NCBI RefSeq assembly: GCF_000315625.1
Contig: NW_005434640.1
Span: 397,593-461,592 of the forward strand
DNA from: Guillardia theta CCMP2712
Taxonomy: Eukaryota; Protista; Cryptophyta
Direction of reading: 5' to 3'
DNA length: 64,000 bases
The translations under genes were made by a program, and so were the position numbers. Shown in pieces: positions 35,601 through 46,933 of the stretch. Within the stretch, counting starts at the first letter, position 1. The number at the start of each line of letters is the position of its first letter. The notes beneath the pieces were generated by a model. It saw nothing but the letters and a program-made list of their open reading frames with translations, had not been told where the DNA came from and made no database searches.

Positions 35601-38298
35601 GAGGATGGGGCAGGGAGGGTGCCGGATGTCATGGACCTCACAACCTGTGCAGCAGAAGGGTCCGCGAGAGCGATACTGGAAGCTGCTGCACGCCGTCATC
35701 GAGGGTCTGCTGAATCACAGCGATGGAGCGAACGCTCAGGGAGCGGGGGAGACTCGCTTCCTGACCAAGTTGCTCGCTGAAGTTCCGGCGGTGGGGCCCT
35801 TGAGGAGGTGCTGCGATCAGGCTGACGAGCCGGCAGATCCAAGAGCAGACGATGAGCATCGTGAGCGCCCTCTGCGACAACGACAACGTCAAACTCAGAC
35901 AGGTCCACCAAGTCCCGCCGGCTTGTTCAGCTGACGCCTTGTAGGTCGGACTCTCCTGCCTCAGAGCTCTGATCATCAACAGACCAGCGTGTAGGAGGGA
36001 GTGCCTGCAAAAACTCTTGGGTGAGGCCTCGGACTGAGACCTCCGTCTCTTGACGCTTGTTGCAGCATACACTATATGGGAGGATGATAGCTTCCGATCC
36101 ACAGCCATTCGGTCTTCCTTGCCCCCCCCACATCACTTCCGCCCCTTCAGGCTTCTCCCTCTCCCTCTCCCTCTCCCTCTCCCTCTCCCTCTCCCTCTCC
36201 CTCTCCCTCTTTCCCCCCTTCTCCTCTTCCTCCTTCATCTCTTTTCTTTTGCATTGTTATTCTTGTCTCGTCTCACACTTCGTTTGCAGTCTTATCGCCA
36301 ACAAACTTTTTAGCGTCTCCTTTCTCACGGCAGACATTCAGAGCTTCGCCGTCGCGAACATGCGGAAGGCGTGCAAGGCGAGCGCGACGATCGGGGCGGG
36401 CGAGGAGTGACGAGGCATGCAGATCGATGAGGGCGAAGACGTGGCGATGAAGGAAGCTAACGGGGCAGGGGAAGGAGACGAGTCGAAAGCCGCCATTCAC
36501 CGTCACCTTCTCCACTTGTTCCTTGCTCTCTGTGCTCAGGTAGATGAGCAGGAGAGAAGAGAAGAGAAGAGAAGGGGAGGGAAGAGGAGGGGAAGAGAGG
36601 AGAGGAGCGAGACTCTTGTGACAAGCTGGCAGAATCACGAACTCCTACACGACCTCATTGACACCTACGTCAAGGTTGGACCCTCCTCCCTCCTCCTCTC
36701 TTCCTTTTTCTTCTTCTCTCTTCCTCCTCCTCCTCCTCCTCCTCCTCCTCCTCCCCGGTGCCGCTTGTGCTCAGTCACACGCGCCAGGCGACGAGTGCAG
36801 TCAGGACAGCCGTGCAGGGGTGCGTCGGAGACATGATCAAGGTTTGCCTGCCCTCTCCTCCTCGCGTGTGACTTGTGACGTGGCTTCGAAGGCGATCGGG
36901 CCGGAGTCTCCTGTCCTCCTGCAAGGTGAAGCAGCGGGCGTGAAGTCTCCTGGTGCTGACCCTTGTTTCAGTCATCAGCAACTTCCCTCCCGGCGCTGAG
37001 ATCCTCATGCTCGCCTTCGTGCGGACGCTGACAGACGTGAAGTGAGCGGGTGGGACGTGAATGAGCTGAGAGCCTGGCAGGGGGGTAACGTGGGGCAGCA
37101 CACCAAGCTGATTGAATCAGTCAAGACCTTGTACTCACGAACAGGGTGAAACTGCCTCCTCCTCCTCCTCCTCCTCCTCCTCCTCCTTGCGTCCTTTTCC
37201 TTTTCCTTTTTATTTCTCTTTCCCTTTCCCCGCTCTCCGTGTACTCGATTTCGATTCACGAGTCTCGTACCTCCAGGGATGCTCGGTTCATGATCTACAT
37301 CTGGCAAGCTCTCTCTCGCAATGAGATCGAGTCACTTCTTCCCAAGATCGTATCTCTTCCTCAGGTCCTCCTCCTCCTCCTCCTCCTCCTCCTCCTCCTC
37401 CTCCTCCTCCTTCTCCTCGCCTCCTCCTCTGTCATGTGTTGATTCTCATAAGCTCTGGTGTTAACAAAGCTGGCNNNNNNNNNNNNNNNNNNNNNNNNNN
37501 NNNNNNNNNNNNNNNNNNNNNNNNNNNNNNNNNNNNNNNNNNNNNNNNNNNNNNNNNNNNNNNNNNNNNNNNNNCGAAGGATACAAGGAAAACGACGTTG
37601 GGAGTTTTTTTTATGGTGTTCGCAGGCATCTGTTTGTGACCTTGTCTTTCGAGGCGCAATTTTTACGTACATGGTTACAGTTCTGCATAACTATGTTAGC
37701 CAAGAATTCAAGCAAAATAGGAAGCCATTCTGGGAGCGACTATGAAAGATTCATCTTGTTCTTTGCCTAATGTCAAACGTACAGGCCCCTCCTTTCCGGC
37801 GAGTCCTTCATACTCCCTCCCTTCCCCCCTCCCCCCCTCTTCCTCTCACTCTCCTCCCGCTAGGTGATGGGCATTCTCTCTCGCCTCATCTCCAAGCAAG
37901 TGTGGACGATGCCGACGCTCTGGGAGGGCTTCGTCAAGTGCTGCCGCCAGACGCTTCCTCGTTCCCTCCCGGTCCTCGTGCAGCTTCCTCCTCAACAGGT
38001 CCCATGCTCCTCCTCCCCTCGCTCTCTGACTCTTCTCTTCCTCTCTCCAGCTCGTCAAGGCTGTTCAGGCATGCAAAGACCTCGGCCCACCCATGGCACA
38101 GGTATTTCCTCCTCCTCCTCCTGAGCCCTTGACGTTTTTTTTCAGCACGTGCAGGAGCGACTAGCGAAGGGTTACCCGGTCCCTCAGCAGATCCTGACGC
38201 TGCTCGAGCCCTGGCTGGGGTCACGAGGCTACAAGCAGGAGGAGGGACGGGAGAAGGAGCGTGCGACGGACGAGATGCAGGAAGATGCGGACAGATGA
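32636..38298 (+). CDS. SYMPK: Symplekin (pre-mRNA 3'-processing scaffold, Pta1 homologue), very many exons
   Basis: [138 protein letters not shown] (symplekin C-terminal domain). Confidence 0.9.
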
Positions 38299-38547
38299 GG
38301 GAGGAGGGAGCTGCTCTTGTCCTTCTCCTGTTGCTCTCAGCCCCTCGAGCTGCAGATTATCGTCTCCTGCCTTCTCTTGTATTCTTTCCGAATGAATCGC
38401 CTCAGCCTTCCTCTCATCTTGTCACCTTCCTCGTTCTCCCCCATCTCTCTCTCTCTCTCTCTCTCCTCCTCCTTCTCCTCCTCCTCCTCCTCTCCTTCGC
38501 CCTTCCCTTCTGCTCGTTCCTGCGCCTTCTACTACGATCTGCCAGGC

Positions 38548-38705
38548 GGTTCAACTCGCAGGAGGGGTACATGCAGCCTTGTTTCTCGCGCTTTTGAGGG
38601 GTGGGGTCTTTTTGCTGGGAGGGCCGCCGGTTCAACTCGCAGGAGGGGTACATGCAGCCTTGTTTCTCGAGCTTTTGAGGGGTGGGGTCTTTTGCTGGGA
38701 GGGCC
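38548..38705. repeat. Near-perfect tandem duplication of an ~80-bp unit
   Basis: CGGTTCAACTCGCAGGAGGGGTACATGCAGCCTTGTTTCTCG..GCTGGGAGGGCC occurs twice, starting ~38548 and ~38628. Confidence 0.95.
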
Positions 38706-38779
38706 TTCAGCTAGGAGTTTCCGCCTGTTGCCCTTCCGACCTTCGCCCTCCTCACGGCAGCCGGGCTGAAGTCGCTGCC

Positions 38780-39003
38780 CCTCCTCTACCTCTCCTCTAC
38801 TCTACTCTACTCTCCCCTCCCTTCCCCTACTCTACTCTACTCTACTCTTCTCTCCTCTCCTCTACTCTCCTCTCCTCTCCTCTCCTCTCCTCTCCTCTCC
38901 TCTCCTCTCCTCTCCTCTCCTCTCCTCTCCTCTCCTCTACTCTACTCTACTCTACTCTACTCTACTCTACTCTACTCTACTCTACTCTACTCTACTCTAC
39001 TCT
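38780..39003. repeat. (CTCTC)n/(CTCTA)n pentamer microsatellite
   Basis: Direct repeat. Confidence 0.95.
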
Positions 39004-39156
39004 CCTTCCCTGCCCCTCCTTGCTCCTCCTCTGAGTCTCCCTCTCGTCCCTCCCCTCCCTTCGCCTGGTTATTTTGTAGCTTCCGAGGCTGATCAGTCTC
39101 TTCCTTTGCCTGCCTCGTTCGGCGTGACTCAGTGAGTCGCTTCGTACTGCAATGCG

Positions 39157-40251
39157 TTGCGATCTCTCTTTCCCCGTCCTTTTCCTCCTTTCTTGTGGCT
39201 TCTCCTCCTTGTCTACTGCCTTCTCAGGCCCCTGGCACATGGTATGCAGGTTGTCCTGGCAGGAAGGCATGTTTTCAACTTCTCCGGATTCTTCAACCCA
39301 GCTTTGGTGTTCTCGTTCCAGCAGCCTGGCGTGCTGTATGAATCGAGATCTAATGATGGTACTGCCGTGACCTTACGAGACAACACTGGGATCCTTGAGA
39401 CTTACCTACAGTCATACCCCCGCACTGGATCATCGAATGACTTCCAGTATGCTTATGTTCCATCCTTCAGGTGCTCGGCGCCTTACACGTACTACACCTG
39501 CCTCAATGCCAACTACGACTCGACCGCCAGCTGGCAGCTCGTTTACTCCGACGTGCTCAACAAAGACTACAGCATCGACTTTTCCAACACCTCCTTGCAG
39601 TACAGCTTCCAGACCCCCCAGCTGTGCGAGTGGCGGACAGGAGCAGTAGACGCGTCGGTGAGCAGAGGAGTGTACGACGGAGTGAGGTCGAGCAGGGTGG
39701 AGGAGATCATCGCGGCGCTGCAATCAGCTAGCAAGAGCTACACTTTCTACAACAGCTCAGAGACAGGTTGGACAACCTATGCGATTGCGGTAAAGGGATC
39801 AGGGACGGTACCTTGCTTCGACTGCGCGTGTAGGGAAGCAATGTCAGTAGTCCCTGCCGGTGACAACGGGAGGTGCTCGATGCAGATGTGCAACGTGAGC
39901 GGGTGCGCGCGGAGCTTGGCAGATACACCGGTGCCGTCATGTGCGATGGACAAGGTCAACCTGCCAGGGATGGCGGTGGGGAGTGGGGGAGCCAGCTACC
40001 AGGGAACCACTTGGAGCTGGCAAGGAGTGTGGAAGTCCCCTGGAAGCCCTCCGAATCCATCAGGACTGACAGCAGGGAGCTCCCGAGTTCACCGAAGCCA
40101 CAGGCTGCTGATACTAGCAGCCTGTGTCAGCGCAGCCTTTACAGGCTTTGACGTATGCGAGTCAATGCGTTCAACGCTGTGCGGCGTGATCGGACTGGCA
40201 GCCGCTGCCAGTGCTGAGCCGGGATCACGGACTCACAGAACTACCCGGTGA
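39157..40251 (+). CDS. Hypothetical Cys/Tyr/Ser-rich, probably extracellular protein with hydrophobic C-terminus
   Basis: 364-codon ORF with coding-like composition, several N-x-S/T sites, >10 Cys, C-terminal LLILAACVSAAF. True start uncertain. Confidence 0.6.
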   Translation: MRSLFPRPFPPFLWLLLLVYCLLRPLAHGMQVVLAGRHVFNFSGFFNPALVFSFQQPGVLYESRSNDGTAVTLRDNTGILETYLQSYPRTGSSNDFQYAYVPSFRCSAPYTYYTCLNANYDSTASWQLVYSDVLNKDYSIDFSNTSLQYSFQTPQLCEWRTGAVDASVSRGVYDGVRSSRVEEIIAALQSASKSYTFYNSSETGWTTYAIAVKGSGTVPCFDCACREAMSVVPAGDNGRCSMQMCNVSGCARSLADTPVPSCAMDKVNLPGMAVGSGGASYQGTTWSWQGVWKSPGSPPNPSGLTAGSSRVHRSHRLLILAACVSAAFTGFDVCESMRSTLCGVIGLAAAASAEPGSRTHRTTR

Positions 40252-41268
40252 CCCTCAACCTCCGCCGGCAATCATTGATGATGATGATGAACTCTTGTAC
40301 TGTCATCGTAATAGAATCGGATCAGTACTCTACATCGGCCGCCGTGATCATCGCCCTCAGTCACGTCCCCCGGGCCCCGTCCTCCGCGGGGGCCCGAGTA
40401 CCGTACGGTCGGACCCGGTTGGACTGAGTCTCAGTGAGGACTCCGGGACGGGGGCCGTCATGGGGCCCTCAGGCGCGGCGGACTCGGGAGGTGGCTGCGG
40501 CGGCAGAAATCATCATCGCCCGCTGGCACCTCAGTTTTACTCAAAGTTAAGTTAAAGATCAGTACGAGGACAATCAGGAGAGTCGACTCAGGCTGGCCCG
40601 GCAACTTGAGTTTCACTGAGTTCATGCCGTCAGGCCCGGGCCGCCCGGCCGGCCCCTCATTCCGACCCCTGCTGTGCCCTCCCTCCCTCTATATCACTCT
40701 TATATCTGGTTGAACCAGGGAAAAGGTTCATAATTCTTTGATGCTTCAACTCGTAAGCTATTTAATATCTGAAATGTATGGTACTTCACATCTGAAAGAC
40801 GTTTCTTGAAGTTCATCTTGTGTAGCGCCGCCACCGGGTGAACAGATCTCTACAAAGGTGCATTCGTTACAATTCCATCAGCCACATATTCGTTGCCTCC
40901 AACAATTACTTTGTTTGGGTCCCGCGCACATCTACTGTGGTCATTTATTACCCCCCTNNNNNNNNNNNNNNNNNNNNNNNNNNNNNNNNNNNNNNNNNNN
41001 NNNNNNNNNNNNNNNNNNNNNNNNNNNNNNNNNNNNNNNNNNNNNNNNNNNNNNNNNGGCCCCTCCACTTCCGACCCCTCGCCTCGTCGCCCTCCCTCCC
41101 CTCCCTCCCCTCCCTCCCTCCCTCCCTCCCTCCCTCCCTCCTCCCTCCTCCCTCCCCTCCCTCCTCCCTCCCCTCCTCTCCCTCTCCCCTCCCTCTCCCC
41201 TCCTCCTCCTCCCGTCCCTCATACCCTCTTCCCACGCCTCCTCTGTCTTCCGGCTCGCTCCTACAACA

Positions 41269-41295
41269 ATGTCGTCGCCTCTCGGGGTATTCATG

Positions 41296-41326
<31 letters not shown>

Positions 41327-43216
41327 GTCTGATTTTCTTCCTTCTCCAGTGGAAGCTCCGAGCTGCCGCCTGGGCGTACGGCTGCGCCTTCTATGCAGTG
41401 ACAGCAGCAAGACTCTCACACGAGACGCATCTTCAGGTGTCCCCTCGTCCCGCTTCCGCTCCCCGTCCTCGTCCCTCCGCTCTACTCGACCCGGTTCCCA
41501 CCTTCCCTCCTCTCTCCCCTTCACCATCTCCTCTTTGCTATCCCCTACTCATGCTGGCGGCAGGCGTTCTACATCAAGGCGCTCAAGCTTGACCCCAAGG
41601 CAGTCGGAAGGTCCCGAGCAGCAACAGCTGGAGCATGACGTTCTGACGCGTTGGCAGCGTTTGGTCTTTCTACTTTATCTGGGTCGGAGCTTGCGAGCCG
41701 GTGTTCGGGGCTGCTATCGACATCCTTCAGGTTCGAGGGAGGGATGAAAGGGGCGAGGAGGAGAATTGTAGAGGAGAGGAGGAGAGGAGGAGAATGGAGC
41801 GAAAGTGGCTGGAGCCTTCTGATTTTCTGCCATGAGAACAGAGCTTCAATGTACGACCATCCAACTTGCTCCTCCTCGTCACCCCCGCCTGGTGTGCTCC
41901 CACTTACAATGTCCCCTCCTCCCTCCTTTCTTCCCTTCTTCCTCTTCCCTTCTTCCTCTTCCTTCTCCCTCCTCCAATATTTCTCTCTTTCCTCACAGGC
42001 TGGAGCAGGTCGCTCCTCTTCTACCGATTGTGGACCCCCGACGAGTCGACACGGCACCTCTACCTGACTCTTTTTGCCTTCGGAGCCGTGCAGGCCTTCA
42101 TGCTCATGCTCGTCACCACCATCTTTCAGTCCTTCTTCCCTCCCGGTGAGAGGAGGAACGCTGCTTCCAGGCCCCGCCAGGTCCTCGCCATCCTCGGCCT
42201 CCTCACCGGCATGGTCCTCCCGCCCTTCCTCTCGCGCGACTGGATTCAGACGGACACTCTGGCTTCCTCTCTCTCTATTGCCATCTTTGCCGCTGCGATG
42301 CTGGGCAGCCTCGCCCTGAGCGTCTTGGAGGGGTCAGTCTCAGCTGGAGAAGTGACGAGGAGGAGCGAGAAGACGAACGTTCTCAAGGTGGCGAGCGAGA
42401 TCGCAAGCATCTGCCTCCATCCTACCTTCCGTTTTGTCCTTCTCTTCAGCGTCCTCAGTCAGCTCGGCAACGCGCTCTTCGCCACCAGCATCAACATGTA
42501 CATGCTCTACGTCGCCAGCATGGGCTCGCCCATCTCTCCTGCCCTGTGCGGCGTCTCCTTCCTGCAGCCCGTGAGCTTCTTCGACGGTTGTCTCTTGCCT
42601 TCCCTTTCCGTCCGTTGGCAGCGTACGCTGGTCCCCGTCTGCTTCTACGTCGCTTGTCTCGCAGCAGGAGGAAAGCTCATGCAGGCGGCTCGCGACATCG
42701 GAGCAGAGAAGACGCTTGCCCGAGAGTTTCGCATCTACGGCTCAGCCCTGGCGCTCACGCCCGTCACATCATCCGCTTGGCTCCACATGCACGGGGGGAA
42801 CGGCTTCTTTGTCCTTCTCCTCTGCATGTTGGTGGTGGGTTCTGCTGGGGCTGGACTGAGCCTCCTCCCTGACCTTGTCATTGCCGCCGCGGTGGATGAG
42901 GTGAGGAGGTGAGGAGGCGGCGCTGCTGCAGTGACAAGTCGAGCAGGACGCCAAGGCTAAGGGCAGGAATCGATCCGGTGCCTTTTACGGGGCCAAGCAG
43001 GTGGGTATCAGAGCTGGTTCAGCCGCTGCCTCGCTGCTCTCCGGTCTTGTCCTTGCAGCCCTGCAGTTCCAGCCCAACGAGACTCAGCAGCCTCCCCAGC
43101 TGGTGGCTGGACTGACGGCCATGTGCTGGTTCGTCCCTGCCGTCTTATACCACATGGCAGCCGGGGTGACCTCATACTACTTGAGTCTAGTGGAGCACAA
43201 GGAGAAGAAAGCTTGA
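41269..43216 (+). CDS. MFS transporter, GPH (MelB/MFSD2-like) family
   Basis: AFYIKALKLDPKAVGSVWSFYFIWVGACEPVFGAAID, ERRNAASRPRQ, LPDLVIAAAVDE..GRNRSGAFYG, LVLAALQFQPNETQQPP..GL..CWFVPA; ~12 TM. Confidence 0.85.
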
Positions 43217-43382
43217 GGAGAAGACGATAGAGCAGGTGACGCGAGATGGCCTGAGATATTTACTGTGGCAAGTAACAAACGATTCAAGTGTATTTCTGAC
43301 AGTATTAAGAGTTATGTACCATAGCAAGTTGCAAGCACGGCACTTTGTTTGTACATATTCTACACGTCGGCAGTGGCAGCCA

Positions 43383-44933
43383 TCACGAGCGAAAGGTTGA
43401 ATCGCCTGCTAGGTACGCGACGTCTGAGGGCAAGATGGCGTTGCCGACAGAGGCTGCGCTGGGCGACAACCAGCTGAAATTGTCGAACTCAAACTTTGGG
43501 GTGCAGGGAGGAGTCGCGCGGTGGAACACACCGTTACTCCACGAGCTCTTCCCGCTAAAGATCGAGGTCTGCGGGCTCTTGGGAGTGAAGATACTTGCGC
43601 CCTCCAAGAATGCGGTGTTGTCGTTGCCTGCTGCGAAGAAATCCTTGAACCGAGCAGAGTTGGGCGAAGACAACGGGAATCCTTGCTTCGTTCCACCAGG
43701 CGTCGTTGCCAGCTTGGGGGAGTCCGAGAAGACTGGTCTCCCTCCGTCAAAGTCAACCCCGTTGGCACTCTGCAGGTTGCCGCTGACGCCCCAGGTCGGC
43801 GTCAGGTTGAGCTGGGGAGTTGAGCTCATGTAGTAGTTGAGCGAAGAGCTCTCTCTCTCGAGCACCAGGTCAGCGGCAGGGTTATCTAACGATGATAGCG
43901 GCTTGTTCTCCTTGTTAACCTCAACCTTGTCTTCAAGCTTCACTTCTTGTGCAACTGGTGCGCGGCTTCTGCTGTCATGTAACGGTATTTCTGTGACGGC
44001 ACACGCAACTCTCATTGACGTTGGGTTTCGCACTTCGACACTGATGGGAGGGCGTCTCGAAGCCAGAGACTGAGATTTCTCTGCCTTTTGTTCCGCAGAG
44101 GGAGCTGAAGTCCGACTGAAGCTCAGTTGAGGAGGTCTAGATGCTCTACTCGTGTCAAGACTTGCTTTGCTTGTCCTGTCGAAGTGAGTCTTGCCGGCCA
44201 TGTTCGAAACCGAGAACCCTGCGGGGATAGCAGGAGCCATTCTTGCAACACTCGAGGCACTGCCTCCACTAGGGTAAAACGGTTTGGAGGGATCGTTGCC
44301 ATTCAGACAGCCTTCGCATACACAGTTGGTAGAGCACTTGAGACCAGCGCCAAAGCATTCACAGTATTTCTTCTGGCACTTGCTTCTCCTGCACCTGCAC
44401 CCGCGCACAGTCTTCAACGTTCCATTGGGAGTGTGAACCTCCTGGTTCTCAAGCTCCAAGCTTGTGCCCTTGAAGGCCTACAGAAACATTTCAGCATGCG
44501 AGAAACCATACACAATAAAAATACCATTGGGTCATTCAATCGAACCAAGCGCACTGCCATCATTCGAGCTTGCTCATGCTTTCCATCATTATGGCAGTCC
44601 ACACAAACACAGTCATTGGTACAACGAACATCGTTCCGAAAGCATGCGCAGTATTGCTTTAGACACTTAGTCCTTCCGCATCGACATCCCTTCTCCTTCT
44701 CTGACTTCTTCTGAGCATTGTCAGTCGGGTTCATGTCACTTGCGTCGGCAAACTTTCCTCTGGAATCAACTACAGTAGGAGGATTGGCACTCCCACTCGC
44801 ACGAACCCTCTTGTCTCTGTGATTCAGTTAGTAAGTGGCGGCACATGAGCGTCAGACACTACCTCTCCATGTCGTTGCGACCTGACGCGCTCTCGGGCCT
44901 GCGCTTGCCGGCCTGCAGGTTCTTGTCGGACAT
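43383..44933 (-). CDS. CRC/CXC-domain protein (tesmin/TSO1/LIN54-like)
   Basis: Two CXC domains: GCRCGRTKCLKQYCACF..CTNDCVCVDCHN and RGCRCRRSKCQKKYCECF..CSTNCVCEGCLN, joined by an R..DP.AFK linker. Confidence 0.93.
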
Positions 44934-45289
44934 GGCATAGGAGCCTGAGAACGACATTGGAAGCTTGTCTGTCACTCCAGGGCTCGCAGCGAGGGATCCA
45001 AGATCGCTCACGTCGCTGCAACCTCAACGCAATCGCAATAAAAAGCAAACGAGGGTACCAACAGCGATTGAAGTCTCGATGAAGAGTGAGGAAGATGCAG
45101 GAAAGAAGAGGAGAGAAGCAGTTGAGCAGAAGAAGAGCAGAGAGCAGGTGTGCAGGGAGTCAGAGAGCAAGGGGGCAAGCCGGGGGGGCGGGGGCAGCAG
45201 GAGGGGAAGGGAAGCGGGGGAGGGAGCGCAAGGGGAACAGGAGGACTGAGGCGGTTGGGAGGGAAGGCGGGATGAGGTCACCGGAGCAC

Positions 45290-46555
45290 AGGGGGTAGGG
45301 GTAGTCATGACATGGGGTGGGTAGTAGTAGATAGGGTGGCTCTAGTGTGGTGTATTAGGGTGTAATGGGGGGGTCCTAGTAAGGTAGGGTGATTTGTTCA
45401 AGGGCTGCGCACGGGTGGTAACAGATTTAGTGGTAGTGGAGTTAGGGAAAGTAGGGGTGATATGAGGTATTTATGGGGGTAGTAGGAGGCCTCAAATACA
45501 GGTGGTAGGGTACGATACCCCGAGGGTGGGGGACTAAAAAATTAAAATGGGGGGTACTTAGAAAGTGTAAAGAATTGCAGGAACCGGTCATTTCCCCTTG
45601 ATTAGTACCCCTACTTGCTGTAGGTCTCGAGAATGTTGAAAGGGTCCTACCCCACGAGGTGTTATTGGTCATTGGTCGTATCTCGTGAGATTCAAGGGGT
45701 GGGGTAGTGACAGAGGGTGCATGGGTGGGTAGTGCAGGGAGTACGACGGGTCGGAAGGAGAACAGACCCCAGGGGTGGTGTACAATGATAATGAATTATT
45801 AGATCAATGGGGTTGAGGTAGGGGTGGGCTCAGGAGGGGTATTTATAAGAACAACCCCACCCCATGCTCCCCCTTTATTCCCTTCCGGGAAGCTACGAGA
45901 CCTCACTACCCCACCCTGGCGAAAGACAGGGTGTTTGGGCAGGAGAGTAAGCAGCAGGGGTAGGGTGAGCGGGGGGCGATACATGGATACAGGTCCTAGT
46001 AGCACAAGGGCTCTAGGGGGGTAGTGAGGCCAACGGTGGGGGGTCAGGGGGTCCTCGGGCAACGAAATCACAGGGGATGGTAGGGTACCCCACCCAAGAT
46101 GGGAGGGGAGGTATTTTTGGAGAATATGTTCTAAATATGGAGATATTATTCTAATTATAGCCTCACGAACTGCTATTTTGAGGTTTTGTTTAGAAAAATA
46201 TTTTTAAAAAACCCCTTCGGCCCCTCGTTTCCAGCAACCCGTGGAGATAGCATTCTAGGACTACCCCTACCTACAGATTTCCTCATAAGCACCCACCCAG
46301 ATATCACCTCACAGATGTAGAATCTCAACAGGGAGCACCGCGAGCATTCCAAGAAACCTTTAAAATATTTAAAAAGATATTTATTATTATATCTATATAA
46401 ATTCACTATTTTGTACCCTATTGATTTCTTATTATCCAAAACAAATATATTTTGTACCCATTCTTTTGTAAAACTTCTGTAGCATTTTTTGATGAAAACA
46501 GTTTTAGGGTCCAAAAGTGAAAACGGCCAGAAATACGATTACCACCCCTACCCCC
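45290..46555. promoter_or_regulatory. Long GGGGTA/TACCCC-rich intergenic block between divergent genes (putative bidirectional promoter or degenerate repeat)
   Basis: Dense GGGGTA, GGTAG, GTACCC words, lower GC, no credible ORF. Same type of sequence at 4378-4620, 11335-11550, 13390-13800, 22680-22810, 29060-29165. Confidence 0.45.
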
Positions 46556-46933
46556 CATCTTCCGTTCCATGGTACGGTACTTGTACTGAGGCAGGCTTGT
46601 AGCTTACGGCGCCACGCTTCAGGTTTCAGGCCCGTAACACTCTGAGGCAGGCTGGGCCCGAAGCTTCGGGATCACTGAGGGGACCCGGCCCCTTGACCGG
46701 AAGTCTCTGCTACCTGGCGCGGACCCACCGGAGGGATACTCCGGCGGTGATCACGGGCTTGCCTCGGGCTGCGAAGGGTCATGGTGGCAGGGAAGATATA
46801 GGGAAGGGGAGGGAGGAAGGGAGGAGAGAGGAAGCGATAGCTAGGCTTGCGGTAGCAGACGAGGAAGAACAACAGTTGTCAGTGCATTCAAGCGTTCTCA
46901 GGACCGCAAGTCTCTTGTTGGTCGTCAGCCCTC

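Noticed and set aside
41599-41660. Apparent GC-AG intron in the MFS gene
   Set aside because: A GT donor 11 nt downstream gives the correct frame (AVGSVWSFYFIW..EPVFG).
45290-46120. G-rich tract as an interstitial telomere
   Set aside because: No regular tandem telomeric unit; the G-runs are irregularly spaced.
46173-46514. AT-rich minus-strand ORF (113 aa) as an organellar or viral insert
   Set aside because: Non-ATG start, no recognisable motif, and it lies within an intergenic low-GC block.
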